Notes: generated from the letters alone by a model not told the origin. A stretch of 64,000 bases of DNA from Candidatus Kapaibacterium thiocyanatum (GCA_001899175.1 MKVH01000024.1:883127-947126); one strand, 5' to 3'. Positions 8,502-17,639 are shown, counted from the stretch's first letter. A program made the numbers and translations.

Positions 8502-9089
8502 GTGGCGACGAAGAAGTCTACCAAGAAGTCTTCCGGGACAGTCCCAGCTGCTCCGGTGGTCGAAAAGGCCGCCGGAGCAGCTTCTGTTAAAGAAGCTCCA
8601 GCACCCAAGGTAACGCTGAAAACAGCGGCCAAACCTCAACTGCCGATCGCTCCCAAGCCGGGCGTACGCTATTCGGATAAGGACCTTACGTCTTTCCGTA
8701 CGGTCATCGAAAAGTCCAAGGAAGATGCGATGGAAGAACTTCGCATGCTCCGTGAACGGCTCGAGGATCTTACCAATAGCGAGTCCGCCGAGGAAAGTGC
8801 CATCTATTCGATGCACATGGCCGAACAAGGTTCGGAAGCCATCGAAAAAGAGAAGACGTACGCGCAGATCCAGCGCATCCAGGATTATATCCGCAAGCTG
8901 GACGAAGCCATGCAGCGCATCCAGGACAAGTCCTACGGTATCTGCCGTATGTGCGGTATCCTGATCGCCAAGGAACGTCTGATGGCCGTGCCGATCACGA
9001 CGCTTTCCGCATCGTACAAGATCCATCAGCGCTGCCCTGAGGATGGCGTGGACCGTATCGTTGCGAAGAATGCAGACGCGCTGAAATGA
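8502..9089 (+). CDS. DksA/TraR-family C4 zinc-finger protein; start uncertain (GTG at 8502 or 8556), may extend to 8116 via a -1 shift at the A10 run
   Basis: C-terminal RYSDKDLTSFRTVIEKSKEDAMEELRML...YGICRMCGILIAKERLMAVPITTLSASYKIHQ is a DksA/TraR zinc finger. The frame is open back to 8346 with no ATG until MEELRML. Confidence 0.7.
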   Translation: MATKKSTKKSSGTVPAAPVVEKAAGAASVKEAPAPKVTLKTAAKPQLPIAPKPGVRYSDKDLTSFRTVIEKSKEDAMEELRMLRERLEDLTNSESAEESAIYSMHMAEQGSEAIEKEKTYAQIQRIQDYIRKLDEAMQRIQDKSYGICRMCGILIAKERLMAVPITTLSASYKIHQRCPEDGVDRIVAKNADALK

Positions 9090-9721
9090 TGTCGGGGAAT
9101 GACCGCAGCGGTCTCGCTCCTTACAAGTACTTCATTCTCGCCCTGTCCCTCGTTCTCGTCGACCAGGCAACGAAGCTGGCCGTGAAGGGATTCTCCCTGT
9201 TCGGTATCAGGCATGAAGGGATGTACCTGGGAGAGAGCCATCCTCTCATCGGTGATGCGATACGCCTTACCTACGTCGAGAATCCGGGCATGGCCTTCGG
9301 CATCAGCTTCGGTGCGGGGAAGATCGTGCTCACTCTCGTGACGATCGTCATCGCTTCCGTCCTCGTATGGTACCTATGGAAACTGCGCCCCTTCCATCGC
9401 GGCGTACAGTTCGCCGTATCACTGGTTCTGGCGGGCGCCGTGGGAAACCTGATCGACCGGATGTTCTATGGCGTGTTCTATGGCGAGGAAGCCTTGTTCT
9501 ACGGCAAGGTCGTCGACTTCGTCCAGGTCGACATTCCCGACCTCAACTGGCTCGGTGAACTGTATACGCACTTTCCCGTCTTCAACGTCGCCGATTCATG
9601 CGTGAGCGTCGGTATCGTTCTTCTGATCCTGCTCAGCAGACATATGCCTACCGGCGCGCAGTTGCGCTCCGGATCGCTCCAATCGACGGACGAGAACCAT
9701 GACGTCAGCCCAGAATCCTGA
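9086..9721 (+). CDS. lspA: lipoprotein signal peptidase II
   Basis: Four TM segments; conserved ...NPGMAFGI... and FNVAD motifs of LspA; ATGA overlap with the upstream gene. Confidence 0.9.
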   Translation: MMSGNDRSGLAPYKYFILALSLVLVDQATKLAVKGFSLFGIRHEGMYLGESHPLIGDAIRLTYVENPGMAFGISFGAGKIVLTLVTIVIASVLVWYLWKLRPFHRGVQFAVSLVLAGAVGNLIDRMFYGVFYGEEALFYGKVVDFVQVDIPDLNWLGELYTHFPVFNVADSCVSVGIVLLILLSRHMPTGAQLRSGSLQSTDENHDVSPES

Positions 9722-10841
9722 TCATCCCGAACGTATAGAACATATCTATCAGTTCGTGATTCCGGCCAAGCAGCGTCCGGAACGGCTCGACGCATTCATC
9801 ACGCATTCCATCATCCATGCCACGCGGTCGCGTGTGCAGAAGGCCATCGAACGTGGCTCGGTCACAGTGAACGATGCACCATCGCGCTCGAACTACAAGG
9901 TCAAGCCGGGTGACGTCATCCGTGTGACCGTGATGAAGCCACCACCACTGCAACTGATTCCGCAGGATCTTCCCGTCGATGTCGTCTATGACGATCCCTA
10001 CCTGATGGTCCTCGTCAAACCGGCGGGTATGTCGACGCATCCCGGATTCGGGAACAGGTCGGGTACACTCGTCAACGCCATGCTGTTCAAGATGGGAGTG
10101 AAGGAGCCGATCGACGTCCTGGGTAGACGCGAATCGTGGGGAGACGACGAGGAAGAGGAGGCGGATGCATCCGACAAGAACGAGTCGGCCGATGCGGAGG
10201 TGGAGGACGATGAACTTTCCTTCGACGAATCGCAGCTCTTCAGCTCATCCGAAGTACGTCCCGGAATCGTGCATCGGCTCGACAAGGACACGTCCGGCCT
10301 CATCGTCGTGGGCAAGACCTATCAGGCTACGCTGGCTCTCGCGAATCAGTTCCGCGACCGTACCGTTCGCCGTGAATATCACGCCCTTGTGTGGGGAGTC
10401 GTGAAGGAGGACAGGGGACTCATCGAAACGGAGATCGGCCGGAATCCGCGTAACAGGAAGACCTATTCCGTCGTCGACCGCGGAGGCAAGTACGCCGCCA
10501 CGGAGTACACGGTGCTCGAGCGCTATTCCTGCGCGACGCTGGTGAAGTGCAAGCTTCGCACAGGACGTACGCATCAGATCCGCGTCCATATGTCGAGCCT
10601 GAAGCATCCCATCGTCGGCGATGCGGACTACGGTGGACGCGAGTCGGCACTCAATGGCGTACACCATCTCTACAAGCGTACGGCTCAACGTATTCTCGCC
10701 TGCATGTCGCGTCAGGCCTTGCATGCACGCACGCTCGGCTTCACGCATCCCATCACGCGGGAGCCGCTCGACTTCGAGGCCGAACCGCCGGAGGATATGC
10801 GTACGGCGATCGACATATGCCGTCAGGACGCGCAGTCCTGA
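9699..10841 (+). CDS. rluD: 23S rRNA pseudouridine synthase, RluD/RluA family, with an acidic insertion of about 45 aa
   Basis: S4-like N-terminus and catalytic GIVHRLDKDTSGL; HARTLGFTHPIT near the C-terminus. Confidence 0.9.
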   Translation: MTSAQNPDHPERIEHIYQFVIPAKQRPERLDAFITHSIIHATRSRVQKAIERGSVTVNDAPSRSNYKVKPGDVIRVTVMKPPPLQLIPQDLPVDVVYDDPYLMVLVKPAGMSTHPGFGNRSGTLVNAMLFKMGVKEPIDVLGRRESWGDDEEEEADASDKNESADAEVEDDELSFDESQLFSSSEVRPGIVHRLDKDTSGLIVVGKTYQATLALANQFRDRTVRREYHALVWGVVKEDRGLIETEIGRNPRNRKTYSVVDRGGKYAATEYTVLERYSCATLVKCKLRTGRTHQIRVHMSSLKHPIVGDADYGGRESALNGVHHLYKRTAQRILACMSRQALHARTLGFTHPITREPLDFEAEPPEDMRTAIDICRQDAQS

Positions 10842-10855
10842 TCGTTCGCTCCTGA

Positions 10856-11545
10856 TCACTTGGGCAGGGGAATCCCGCCCATCCGCCCCCTGATGAAACT
10901 CGTCCGCTTCTTCGTATAACTGCTCGGTGTATCCGCGTGGAAGCGTCGTGGATTCGGAACGACGGCCGCCATACGCGCCGCCTGATCGGCCGTGAGCGCC
11001 GATGCACGGACGCCGAAATAGGTCCGTGCACCCGCTTCTGCGCCATAGATGCCATCTCCCCACTCGATCATGTTCACGTAGACTTCGAGAATGCGTTTCT
11101 TCCCCCACAGCGCCTCGGTGAGGTAGGTGAAGTAAACTTCGGCCGCCTTCCTGATCATGTTCCGGTAGGGCAGGAGGAAGACGTTCTTCGACGTCTGCAT
11201 CGTGATGGTCGATGCACCCAGCGGCGGCTTGCCACGTTTGATCCGTCCCGGATTCGCCTTCTGTGCACGATCGACGGCTTTCCAGTCGATACCACCATGA
11301 CGCAGGAATCCCGCATCCTCCCCGGCCTGAACGGCACGAAGCAGCGACGGCGCGATGTCGTCGTACGATACCCACCGATGGACGATCGTCATCCTGTCTC
11401 CCCTGAACGGAGCTTCCACCAGACGCTTCGCCATCAGCGGTGTGATGGCGGGCGGAACGAAGCGGAACAGGACCACGACGAGAACCGATCCCACCAGCCC
11501 TGCGACCAGCGTTCGCCATATCCAGACGAGAATATTTTTAATCAT
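10856..11545 (-). CDS. mtgA: monofunctional biosynthetic peptidoglycan transglycosylase
   Basis: GT51 motifs: EDAGFLRHGGIDWKA, GASTITMQTSKN, RILEVYVNMIEWGDGIYG; N-terminal TM anchor. Confidence 0.85.
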   Translation of the reverse strand: MIKNILVWIWRTLVAGLVGSVLVVVLFRFVPPAITPLMAKRLVEAPFRGDRMTIVHRWVSYDDIAPSLLRAVQAGEDAGFLRHGGIDWKAVDRAQKANPGRIKRGKPPLGASTITMQTSKNVFLLPYRNMIRKAAEVYFTYLTEALWGKKRILEVYVNMIEWGDGIYGAEAGARTYFGVRASALTADQAARMAAVVPNPRRFHADTPSSYTKKRTSFIRGRMGGIPLPK

Positions 11546-11603
11546 CTTGTGTGATTTTCTTAAAAGATTTAAGTTCGCGACGTAAAAACTTTACGAGCAT
11601 AAA

Positions 11604-12059
11604 ATGTCTCTTCGAGATCGCGACCGTCTGATCCTCACTCTTCTGCAGGAGAATGCCCGTCTCAGCCTCAGCGATATCGCCGAGCGGATCGGGACGTCGG
11701 TGCCGACCGTGAGCGATCACGTGCGCAAACTCGAAGAGCAGGGAGTCATCCGCGAGTATACGGCCCTTCTCGATCCCGTGGAATGCGGGCTCGACGTGGC
11801 GGCATTCATCTTCGTCGACATCGACTCCAGCGCCAACTACGACTCCTTCCGGCGCCAGTGCCGTCAACGCAAGGACATCCAGGAATGCCATGCCATCACG
11901 GGCACGGCATCGCACCTCATCAAGGTGCGCGTCAAAAATACGTCGGCTTTGGAGCAGTTGTTGTCCACCATCCAGCAATGGAGGGGAGTAACCCGCACGC
12001 AGACGAACGTGGTGCTGAGCACCCATAAGGAGACGCTGTCGATCACACCTGTCGAATGA
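11604..12059 (+). CDS. Lrp/AsnC-family transcriptional regulator
   Basis: HTH_AsnC N-terminus ([46 protein letters not shown]) plus a RAM domain; 151 aa. Confidence 0.85.
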   Translation: MSLRDRDRLILTLLQENARLSLSDIAERIGTSVPTVSDHVRKLEEQGVIREYTALLDPVECGLDVAAFIFVDIDSSANYDSFRRQCRQRKDIQECHAITGTASHLIKVRVKNTSALEQLLSTIQQWRGVTRTQTNVVLSTHKETLSITPVE

Positions 12060-12109
12060 TGCCGCAGTCAATTCCGCAACCAACATCCAACACCAACAGA
12101 ACATCAACG

Positions 12110-14266
12110 ATGCCACATTACGATATCCTTGCCGCAGCCCGCAACTGGAGAATGGACGGGAAGACGGCGCCGAATCCCAGCTCCGTCGTCAACGACGTAT
12201 TCGCCTCGGACGTGCTGACGATGGAGGAGCTGCGTCAGAGGTTGAGCAAGACGGCATGGCGTTCCCTTCAATCGACGATGGAACGCGGTGACGCCATCGA
12301 TCCAGCCATCGCCGACACCGTCGCTCTGGCCATGAAGACATGGGCGATGGAAAAGGGTGCGTCGCACTATACGCACTGGTTCCAGCCCCTGACGGGCTCG
12401 ACGGCCGAGAAGCACGAGAGCTTCCTCGTACCTGCCGGCGACGGTTCGGCGATCTCGCAGTTCTCGGGCAAGGAGCTCATCGTGGGTGAGCCCGATGCAT
12501 CCTCGTTTCCGAGCGGTGGTCTGCGCGCCACGTTCGAAGCACGCGGATACACGGCATGGGATCCGACGTCTCCTGCCTTCATCATCCGCCACAGCAACGG
12601 TGCCACGCTGTGCATTCCTACGGCCTTCGCCTCGTGGACGGGAGAAGCTCTCGACCTCAAGACGCCGCTGCTGCGTTCGATGCAGTCGCTCAACAACAGC
12701 GCGAAGCGCGCACTCTCCCTCTTCGGTGTGACCGACGTATCGGCAGTCGGCAGTACCTGCGGTGTCGAACAGGAATACTTCCTGATCGACGAGGAGTTCT
12801 ACTATCGTCGTCCGGATCTCGTGATGTGCGGTCGTACGCTCTTCGGCGCGAAGCCCCCGCGAGGTCAGGAACTGGAGGATCATTACTTCGGCTCGATTCC
12901 GGATCGCATCCTCTCCTTCATGGCCGACTCCGAGCATCAGTTGTATGCTCTCGGCATTCCGATCAAGACGCGTCACAACGAGGTGGCACCCGGTCAGTTC
13001 GAAGTGGCGCCGATCTTCGAACAGAGCAACGTGGCCGCCGACCATCAGCAGCTCGTGATGCAGGTGCTGCGCACTACGGCACGCCGTTACGGCCTGGTCT
13101 GTCTGCTGCATGAAAAGCCCTTCGCCGGTGTCAACGGATCGGGCAAACACCTGAACTGGTCGATGTCGACGGATACGGGAATGAATCTGCTCGAGCCCGG
13201 AGACACACCGCACGACAACATGCAGTTCCTGTTCTTCTGTGCTGCCGTGATCCGTGCCGTGGACATCCATCAGGACCTCCTGCGTATCTCCGTGGCCTCG
13301 GCACAGAACGACCATCGCCTCGGTGCCAATGAGGCTCCGCCCGCTATCGTGTCCATCTTCCTCGGGGACGAGTTGACGGAGATCTACGACCGTCTGCTGT
13401 CGGGCAAGGGTGGTGCAACGAAGCGCTCGGGCCTGCTGGGCCTGGGTACCCCGGTCCTGCCGCCACTGCCGCGTCATGCTGGCGACCGCAATCGCACGTC
13501 ACCGTTCGCATTCACCGGCAACAAATTCGAGTTCAGGGCCGTGGGAAGCAGCCAGAGCGTGTCCTTCCCGACGACGGTGCTGAATACGATCGCCGCCGAA
13601 TCGATCGAAGCCATGACGCTCATGATCGAAGCACGCATGAAGAAGAAGCAGACGTTCGAAGCGGCATTGATCGATGTCCTCAAGGAAGTCTACGGTGCGC
13701 ACCGCCGCGTGATCTTCAATGGCGATGGATATGCGCAGAAGTGGCACAAGGAAGCCGAGAAACGCGGGCTGCTGAACCTTCCGACGGCGATGGACGCGAT
13801 TCCGCTGCTGACCCAGAAGAAGAACGTCGCGCTGTTCGAGGCGTGGGGCGTACTATCGAAGCGTGAGCTCGAAGCACGTGAGGAAATCATGTTCGACCAG
13901 TACTTCAAGGGCGTGAACATCGAAGGGGAGACGACGGAGTGGATCGCACAGACGCAGCTGCTTCCTGGAGCACTGGCCTATCTGCGGGACGTGGCATCGA
14001 TCGCCGTCACCGCATCGTCGGCCGTCGACCGCACCGTCTCCCGTGTCCGCGAACACGTGGACCAGTTGTCCGACGCACTGGAGCATCTGCGTACGCAGAA
14101 CATGGATCTCGGCGGCGAAGAAGTGCATCAGAAGGCCCATCATATGCAGGTCAACGTCCTGCCTGCGATGGCAGCGGTACGCAAGGCGGCCGATGCGCTG
14201 GAGCGTGTCGTAGCGGTCCATCAGTGGCCGTTACCCGGATATCGCGAAATGCTCTTCGTGAAGTGA
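12110..14266 (+). CDS. glnA: glutamine synthetase type III (GSIII)
   Basis: About 720 aa with the GSIII-specific N-terminal domain and a catalytic region ([10 protein letters not shown]...). ORF 12056; ATG MPHYDIL at 12110. Confidence 0.9.
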   Translation: MPHYDILAAARNWRMDGKTAPNPSSVVNDVFASDVLTMEELRQRLSKTAWRSLQSTMERGDAIDPAIADTVALAMKTWAMEKGASHYTHWFQPLTGSTAEKHESFLVPAGDGSAISQFSGKELIVGEPDASSFPSGGLRATFEARGYTAWDPTSPAFIIRHSNGATLCIPTAFASWTGEALDLKTPLLRSMQSLNNSAKRALSLFGVTDVSAVGSTCGVEQEYFLIDEEFYYRRPDLVMCGRTLFGAKPPRGQELEDHYFGSIPDRILSFMADSEHQLYALGIPIKTRHNEVAPGQFEVAPIFEQSNVAADHQQLVMQVLRTTARRYGLVCLLHEKPFAGVNGSGKHLNWSMSTDTGMNLLEPGDTPHDNMQFLFFCAAVIRAVDIHQDLLRISVASAQNDHRLGANEAPPAIVSIFLGDELTEIYDRLLSGKGGATKRSGLLGLGTPVLPPLPRHAGDRNRTSPFAFTGNKFEFRAVGSSQSVSFPTTVLNTIAAESIEAMTLMIEARMKKKQTFEAALIDVLKEVYGAHRRVIFNGDGYAQKWHKEAEKRGLLNLPTAMDAIPLLTQKKNVALFEAWGVLSKRELEAREEIMFDQYFKGVNIEGETTEWIAQTQLLPGALAYLRDVASIAVTASSAVDRTVSRVREHVDQLSDALEHLRTQNMDLGGEEVHQKAHHMQVNVLPAMAAVRKAADALERVVAVHQWPLPGYREMLFVK

Positions 14267-14287
14267 TCCTGTCCGAACGAACATCGA

Positions 14288-14310
14288 GGGCTCCCTGTCG
14301 GGGGCCCTTT
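14288..14310 (+). terminator. candidate rho-independent terminator after the GSIII gene
   Basis: GGGCTCCC-tgtc-GGGGGCCC stem (8 bp, one G-U pair) followed by TTT. Confidence 0.35.
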
Positions 14311-14655
14311 CCGTTCTATCTATACGTATTGTCCTTCGATGGATACGCAGGGGTGGAGGTCTTCGTCTCCGACGGCGGCGAAACGATGCGTGGGCGTTGA
14401 TGACCGCTTCGTGTGATTGGATGTCGATGCATCCGCCCGGGCGAAGGGTGTCCAGAATGGCGCGGAATCCGGATATGTACCATGTTGTCGAGCCGTCCAT
14501 CAACGTCGCGATGTCGAACTCGTCAACGTGATGCGGACCGGCTGTCATCATGCTATGCACGTGATCCTGTCCAGCCGAACGACTTGTGATTCCCGAGCTT
14601 CGTCGACAATGGTGGACACGTGAACATGTATCATCGTGTATTGTCGTATCGGTGC

Positions 14656-16020
14656 TCATCGTACGATCAATAACATCCGATGGATGTTGTTGCTTCCACG
14701 ATCGATCGTGACGGCATAGATTCCGTGTGCAGTCGTACGATGAACGATGAGTGCCGGATTCCCGCCATCGTCGATGGAAAAGCAGTAGGGAACATCGCTG
14801 CCGTCAAGGGTCGTTGCATGGAGCACGGGATCGCTTCCGAGTGGACGGCCGATCGCAACGCGGCTTCCGGGCGAGGCATGGACCATCGATGTCGGCGGCG
14901 ACGAGGTTCCATCGTCATCGACGGAAGACGTATGAGACGGGACGTAGGTCATACGGAAGAAGTCGGGGCCTATCGTGCCGAAGATCACGTTCTCGCGATG
15001 CCGATGGAGGTTGCGGACAGCAGCCTCGGGAAGGCCGAATGCGTCGACTTTCTGCACCTTCCAGTCGCCCTGCTCCACGAAGTACAACTTGTTCGCACTG
15101 CCGCCGACTACCTGAAGGCCTCCGCCGATACGGACGGCATCGCGGACACCCCACGGAGGTGCGACGTTCGCCTTGATCAATCGCTTCCACGTAAGGCCGG
15201 CATCCTCGCTTTCCCATACTTCGTCGTAGGTGCGGAAATCGGAGAGATCATCAGGATGCAGATAATTGAGGCAGAAGGCCCATAGCCTGGAGCCTCCCAT
15301 TCTCTTCATCGTAAGCGCACGCGGAGGAAGCGTGGTCATGTTCCATGTCGTACCGCCATCCCGGGTGACATATGACCATGTCGTATCCTGATAACCCCGG
15401 AAGATGGTCCACGTGTCGAGGCCGGTCATGGCAATATCTATCACGGAGCTGGCGGAGTTGACGTAGACCCCGGTGATCCGTACCGAATCCCACGTATTGC
15501 CGCCGTCCGACGTCCTCAGTGCATCGACGCCGCGGTAGCCCCATCGCAGGATGCCGTTCATCGGGTCGATGAAGTCGACGGCATTGATGTTGGCGATGGT
15601 GTCCAATCGCTGTTCATGCCAGGTCCGTCCTGCATCACGACTGATGATGACGCGTCCCCGGTTCATGACGTAGCATACGAAGCCGTCGGGAACACTCGCC
15701 CCGTCCTTCGGGACGTCGTCGTATCCCTGATAACCCGGATCGTAGGCCACGTTCCATGTGGAACCGAAGTCCGTCGACCGGAGGATGACGGGATGGCCCG
15801 GACCTGTGGAACATGCCGTAAGGATCGAATCATCATCACTTGCGGAACGCAGGAAGCCGAAGGTGTGATATCGGTCCTTCGTACCATCCACGAGAGGTGG
15901 CAGTACGCGCTGTACCACAGGGAACCAGTCCACTTCCTCCGGGTGATCGAGACTGTCCTGCTGCGGGAGGACCGGGGATGCATGGAGTGTCGCGCACAGA
16001 ACCAGCGTAGCGATGATCAT
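14656..16020 (-). CDS. BNR/Asp-box repeat (sialidase-like beta-propeller) secreted protein with a T9SS-type C-terminal sorting domain
   Basis: Signal peptide MIIATLVLCATLHA. Multiple SxDxGxTW Asp-boxes (STDFGSTW, SRDAGRTW, SDGGNTW, RDGGTTW, SEDAGLTW). C-terminus ...GIYAVTIDRGSNNIHRMLLIVR resembles a T9SS CTD. Confidence 0.75.
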   Translation of the reverse strand: MIIATLVLCATLHASPVLPQQDSLDHPEEVDWFPVVQRVLPPLVDGTKDRYHTFGFLRSASDDDSILTACSTGPGHPVILRSTDFGSTWNVAYDPGYQGYDDVPKDGASVPDGFVCYVMNRGRVIISRDAGRTWHEQRLDTIANINAVDFIDPMNGILRWGYRGVDALRTSDGGNTWDSVRITGVYVNSASSVIDIAMTGLDTWTIFRGYQDTTWSYVTRDGGTTWNMTTLPPRALTMKRMGGSRLWAFCLNYLHPDDLSDFRTYDEVWESEDAGLTWKRLIKANVAPPWGVRDAVRIGGGLQVVGGSANKLYFVEQGDWKVQKVDAFGLPEAAVRNLHRHRENVIFGTIGPDFFRMTYVPSHTSSVDDDGTSSPPTSMVHASPGSRVAIGRPLGSDPVLHATTLDGSDVPYCFSIDDGGNPALIVHRTTAHGIYAVTIDRGSNNIHRMLLIVR

Positions 16021-16123
16021 ACTGGAACAACCTGGCACTACTGTAACATCATGGCGGAGCCCAAGGGGGCCCCGCCATGTCGACGATGCTTTGTCGTATT
16101 CTGGATCCATTGCACTTCTGGAT

Positions 16124-16579
16124 CTATTTCACGGGAGAAACGACCTCACGATAGACACGTTCACCGATCTTGACGGTGACAGCGAGTACCGTATTCGGGA
16201 ACGACGAGACACTACCTCTGACTTCGAACTTTCGTCCCTGACTCAGTGTAACATTGTCATGATACAGAATATTGCCGAGAATATCAGTTACCATGATGGT
16301 TCCCGTACCGGTGGTTTCGCCGGGTAGGGTAATGGCAAGCCCCGAAGCGTCGAGACGCGATATCGTGAAGCCCCCGGGCGCGGTAGCTTCCTTCGATATC
16401 TTCTTCCGGTCTGCCGTTCGTGGCTGCCAGTTCTTGCCGTTGTCGGTAGACACCCACTGAGAGCCGTCATTCATGTCGATCACCCACGGACGTTCACCGG
16501 GCTTCTGCGATGGTGTCTGCGCATGGGCCGTCATCATACACATGCAAAGCGTGCATGCTGCGATCACGAACAGTTTCAT
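16124..16579 (-). CDS. small secreted protein with a T9SS-type C-terminal sorting domain (hypothetical)
   Basis: Signal peptide MKLFVIAACTLCMCMMTAHAQ; C-terminus TIMVTDILGNILYHDNVTLSQGRKFEV...VKIGERVYREVV fits the T9SS CTD pattern. Confidence 0.6.
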   Translation of the reverse strand: MKLFVIAACTLCMCMMTAHAQTPSQKPGERPWVIDMNDGSQWVSTDNGKNWQPRTADRKKISKEATAPGGFTISRLDASGLAITLPGETTGTGTIMVTDILGNILYHDNVTLSQGRKFEVRGSVSSFPNTVLAVTVKIGERVYREVVSPVK

Positions 16580-16600
16580 GAGATTGTTCCTTTCAGTTGT

Positions 16601-17197
16601 TTATTCGTTGCAGACCTTCATGCATCCGGAAGGACACGGCGTAGGATCGGTGGACGACGAGAGCCGTCTGATCTGATACTCACCGTCGATGATGCACATC
16701 TCGTAGAGGAAGAGGCAGCAGGTATTGACTTCGCAGATGGTGACGCGCCAGTCGGGAACGGGGCCGGCAACGAGGTGCCATTTCCAGCATGACGACGACG
16801 TCACGCGCCAGTTCGGGCGGCATTGTCCTTCCGCCGTCGGGATGCAGTCCAGTAGCCCCTTCGTAAGGGAAACATCGTAGATGATCTGCTTGGCAGCCAT
16901 CTCGAAGACCTGGGACGGAGTCAGCGTCATACATGGTGGATTGGTATTGCAGTAGACGGAGATCGGCTGGACATCGCACCAGATGCCGCAAGCCTTCCGA
17001 TAGCAGTAGTATGCGGTCCAGCTACAGCCATACATCGTCCATGTCACATTCTCGTAGCAGATGAAGTTGTCGCTCAGGCAGTCGGGCTTGCACACCTGCG
17101 TCGTTTCCGCCTGATTACGCCCTTTGTCGGGGCCCTGTGCCCAACTGCTTGCCGCAGCAAGACAGAATACCAGTGAACAGATAAGTAGACGTACCAT
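16601..17197 (-). CDS. cysteine-rich secreted protein, hypothetical (about 24 Cys in 198 aa)
   Basis: Signal peptide MVRLLICSLVFCLAAASSWAQ. RBS GAGGAG just upstream of the ATG at 17197. Dense Cys/Trp/Tyr content; no family recognised. Confidence 0.6.
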   Translation of the reverse strand: MVRLLICSLVFCLAAASSWAQGPDKGRNQAETTQVCKPDCLSDNFICYENVTWTMYGCSWTAYYCYRKACGIWCDVQPISVYCNTNPPCMTLTPSQVFEMAAKQIIYDVSLTKGLLDCIPTAEGQCRPNWRVTSSSCWKWHLVAGPVPDWRVTICEVNTCCLFLYEMCIIDGEYQIRRLSSSTDPTPCPSGCMKVCNE

Positions 17198-17639
17198 GAG
17201 ACCCTCCTCGAAGGAATGAATATGGAATATGTGGCCGCTCCGTGCGGCCTGGAGATATATCTATCGAATGGATGGACGGCTATGGGCGTATCATCTATGG
17301 AAAAGCTATGGATCGCGCCGTCCTTCGAAGGCCACGCATCATGCACTACGTCGAACTATCGGATATCGTATTCCGTGCGTATCTGACCGTCCGAGGTTCC
17401 TACCGAACTCCATCAACAACAGCGAACGCGGGAAAAGGTTTCATCGTATATGATAGGAAGTGTGATGTTCATCGGGACGATCGATATGGGACTTTCACCA
17501 TGTCGATCGTGGACGGCGGGTACTCCGGCTGAAGAGGCCGAAAGGTAGCCATGGGTGGATCGCATCGGGGTGGGTGAAACGAATCGGGCCCGATCGGTGG
17601 ATACGTCGGGCCCGGGATGGATTTCGTCTGTCGTGATGG

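Noticed and set aside
7899-9089. 396-aa ORF reported as a single protein
   Set aside because: Its first ~150 codons are an E/G/S-rich alternative-frame reading of the ileS 3' end and of the KA-repeat gene. Only the region from about 8346 onward is plausibly coding (linker + DksA domain).
14231-14659. 142-aa minus-strand ORF covering the glnA/BNR convergent spacer
   Set aside because: Poly-Arg (RRRRRRRPPP) low-complexity product, no RBS, and it overlaps the end of GSIII; treated as non-coding.
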